Below, piece after piece: positions 42,850-44,332 of a DNA stretch of 44,332 bases. Every line of letters starts with the position of its first letter. Position 1 is the first letter of the stretch. Below the pieces are notes generated by a model. It had not been told where the DNA came from. It ran no database searches and was given only the letters and a program-made list of their open reading frames with translations. Source of the DNA: a virus (Duplodnaviria > Caudoviricetes); the IMG/VR virus record IMGVR_UViG_3300027640_000006, positions 1-44,332 of that record; one strand, given 5' to 3'. The translations under genes were made by a program, and so were the position numbers.

Positions 42850-43731
42850 TTATCCGATCTGAAATTCAATACCTCGTTGTTTCAATAATCCCACCACCGT
42901 GCCCACGAAGGTAGCTCTCCCCACGTTCAGGAACTGATGAACCGGCTTCCCGTCCCCCGGATTGATTGGATCGAAGCCGAGAGAGAGGTGGGAAGTATGG
43001 CTCTGAATCCCCACTATCCGAGCCTCGGTATCAATGATGGGGCCACCGCTCTGTCCACGCAAGCCGGGCGTCGAAGTTTCCAGCCACAAGGGGTCATTCG
43101 GGTCAGGCTTTTCTCCTTGGATCTGGTGAAAAATCCTTGTCACGATCCCCTCATTCGGAAAGATCGGATGAGGGCCGACAGTGAGATCAACCAGCTTGTT
43201 ATCGCTGTCGATCTTGACCTGCTGATCCACGAAGGGGAAGCCGATTCGGCACACACTGGAGCCCACCTTAACGGCAGACGGCTCTCTAAAAACAGGGTAC
43301 GGACCAGTCGCTCCCTTGGGCAGGGAGACGAGCCGACCGATAGCCAAGTCGTAAGGTGCATAAAGCTGCAGATCATCGGCCGCGAAGTCGATAATTTGCC
43401 CTGGTCTCGCGGCCCAAAAATACTGAAAGCTTTCAAGAGCATCTGCACTTTCGTTGTTGAGCTTTGCAAGTAACCGCCGCTTCTCTTTTCGGTGGATGCT
43501 CGTGTCAGCCTCTATTTCGACCCGACGTTTTTCGTTGGCGGAGGTTTGACCTGCCTGCTCGTGGGACTTCTGAACGACGTCGAAGATGTGCGCCGACGAG
43601 ACAAACCATCCGTCCTTGTTCACGACGACCAAGCTGCCGTTTCCATTCACGCAGCTGCCGTTCTTCTTCATCGCAAGGAGAAACAGCGGTCGGGTGAAGC
43701 CGGATGCCCTTTCAATCGCTGCTGCAAACAC
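42850..43731 (-). CDS. Trypsin-like serine protease (moron)
   Basis: SSAH, YDLAIG, GQSGGP triad; AGGAGG 8 nt before GTG 43731; lower GC than core genes. Confidence 0.87.
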   Translation of the reverse strand: MFAAAIERASGFTRPLFLLAMKKNGSCVNGNGSLVVVNKDGWFVSSAHIFDVVQKSHEQAGQTSANEKRRVEIEADTSIHRKEKRRLLAKLNNESADALESFQYFWAARPGQIIDFAADDLQLYAPYDLAIGRLVSLPKGATGPYPVFREPSAVKVGSSVCRIGFPFVDQQVKIDSDNKLVDLTVGPHPIFPNEGIVTRIFHQIQGEKPDPNDPLWLETSTPGLRGQSGGPIIDTEARIVGIQSHTSHLSLGFDPINPGDGKPVHQFLNVGRATFVGTVVGLLKQRGIEFQIG

Positions 43732-44108
43732 GCGCACAACCTCCTGGAGAACCTTAAAGGATCGGGCCGGGACGGAGTATGACGCCTTCAGCAGCAGCTA
43801 CACCATCTATCATTCGATATATTGCCGCTCTGCCAGATCGCTGTAGATTTAGCGAAGTTATCTGGCGGACATTGCTAGTTTGCACTCTACATCCTCCTCA
43901 ATTACCCCAAGCCTCTTAGGTCTCAGCTACTTAGGCTCGATGTCCGGACGTCGACGACGATGTCCGACGATCCGAAGAAATGGGTACCACGCCGGTTGTA
44001 GAACAGGAGCGCGCTAGAGTGGCTTTAAACAGCGGCGCGGCGCGGTCTAGAGGCGATGCAGCCAGCACGCCCGTGCCGCAGCTCGCGATGTCCGCCGATG
44101 CGGTTTGT

Positions 44109-44250
44109 GATCAAACCATCCGAAAAAGCGGCGCGCGGAGCGGCTGGTGACTCGGCGGCTTCCAAGTGACCCACCTTCCGTCACTTACAGCCGCGCCGTC
44201 CCGCGCTGGACCACATTGTCCCGCGAACTCAGACCATTCGTGAACTTACA
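44109..44250 (-). promoter_or_regulatory. Right att end with putative transposase-binding sites
   Basis: Minus strand reads TGTAAG, then CGAATGGTCTGAGT at the same offset as the first left-end site; exact TGGTTTGATC at 44118-44109. Confidence 0.7.
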
Positions 44251-44332
44251 CTCGCCCCTCGCCCCTCGCCCCTCGCCCCTCGCCCCTCGCCCCTCGCCCC
44301 TCGCCCCTCGCCCCTCGCCCCTTGCCCCTCGC
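44251..44332 (+). repeat. Right copy of target duplication (CTCGC) plus 11 CCCTCGC units
   Basis: 7-bp tandem array running to the window end, one variant unit CCCTTGC. Confidence 0.95.

Larger units (their letters stand above)
171..44250. mobile_element. Complete Mu-like transposable prophage with siphovirus-type tail
   Basis: Begins TGTAAG (171) and ends CTTACA (44250); CTCGC directly flanks both ends (166-170, 44251-44255); encodes DDE transposase, AAA ATPase, Gam, GemA, and Mu-like portal, gpF, protease, gp36 and gpG. Confidence 0.97.

Noticed and set aside
44251-44332. Telomere-like terminus or sequencing artefact
   Set aside because: The array continues in register on the other side of the prophage (157-170), so it is the interrupted host target

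Overview
The window is almost entirely one complete Mu-like transposable prophage (171..44250, 44,080 bp). It has TGTAAG...CTTACA ends and a 5-bp target duplication (CTCGC), and is inserted into a host (CCCTCGC)n heptamer array. A central CI/LexA-type repressor and Cro-like gene separate a rightward early operon (MuA, MuB, Gam, GemA and others) from a leftward late operon (terminase, portal, MuF-nuclease, protease/scaffold, capsid, neck, endolysin, siphovirus-type tail tube, G/GT chaperones, tape measure, tail tip and fibre). Compositionally distinct cargo sits at both ends: an XamI-family restriction-modification pair on the left and a trypsin-like protease on the right. The most striking structure is a ~2.8-kb inverted segment in the tail-tip module (about 7635..10441), bounded only by a 6-bp inverted motif (GCGTCG/CGACGC). 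It splits two tail genes; flipping it back restores both in frame (about 182 aa, and about 1468 aa for a tip-plus-fibre protein), yet no invertase is recognisable in the prophage. All family assignments are from motif recognition by eye, not database searches. An Acidobacteriota-like host is only an inference.
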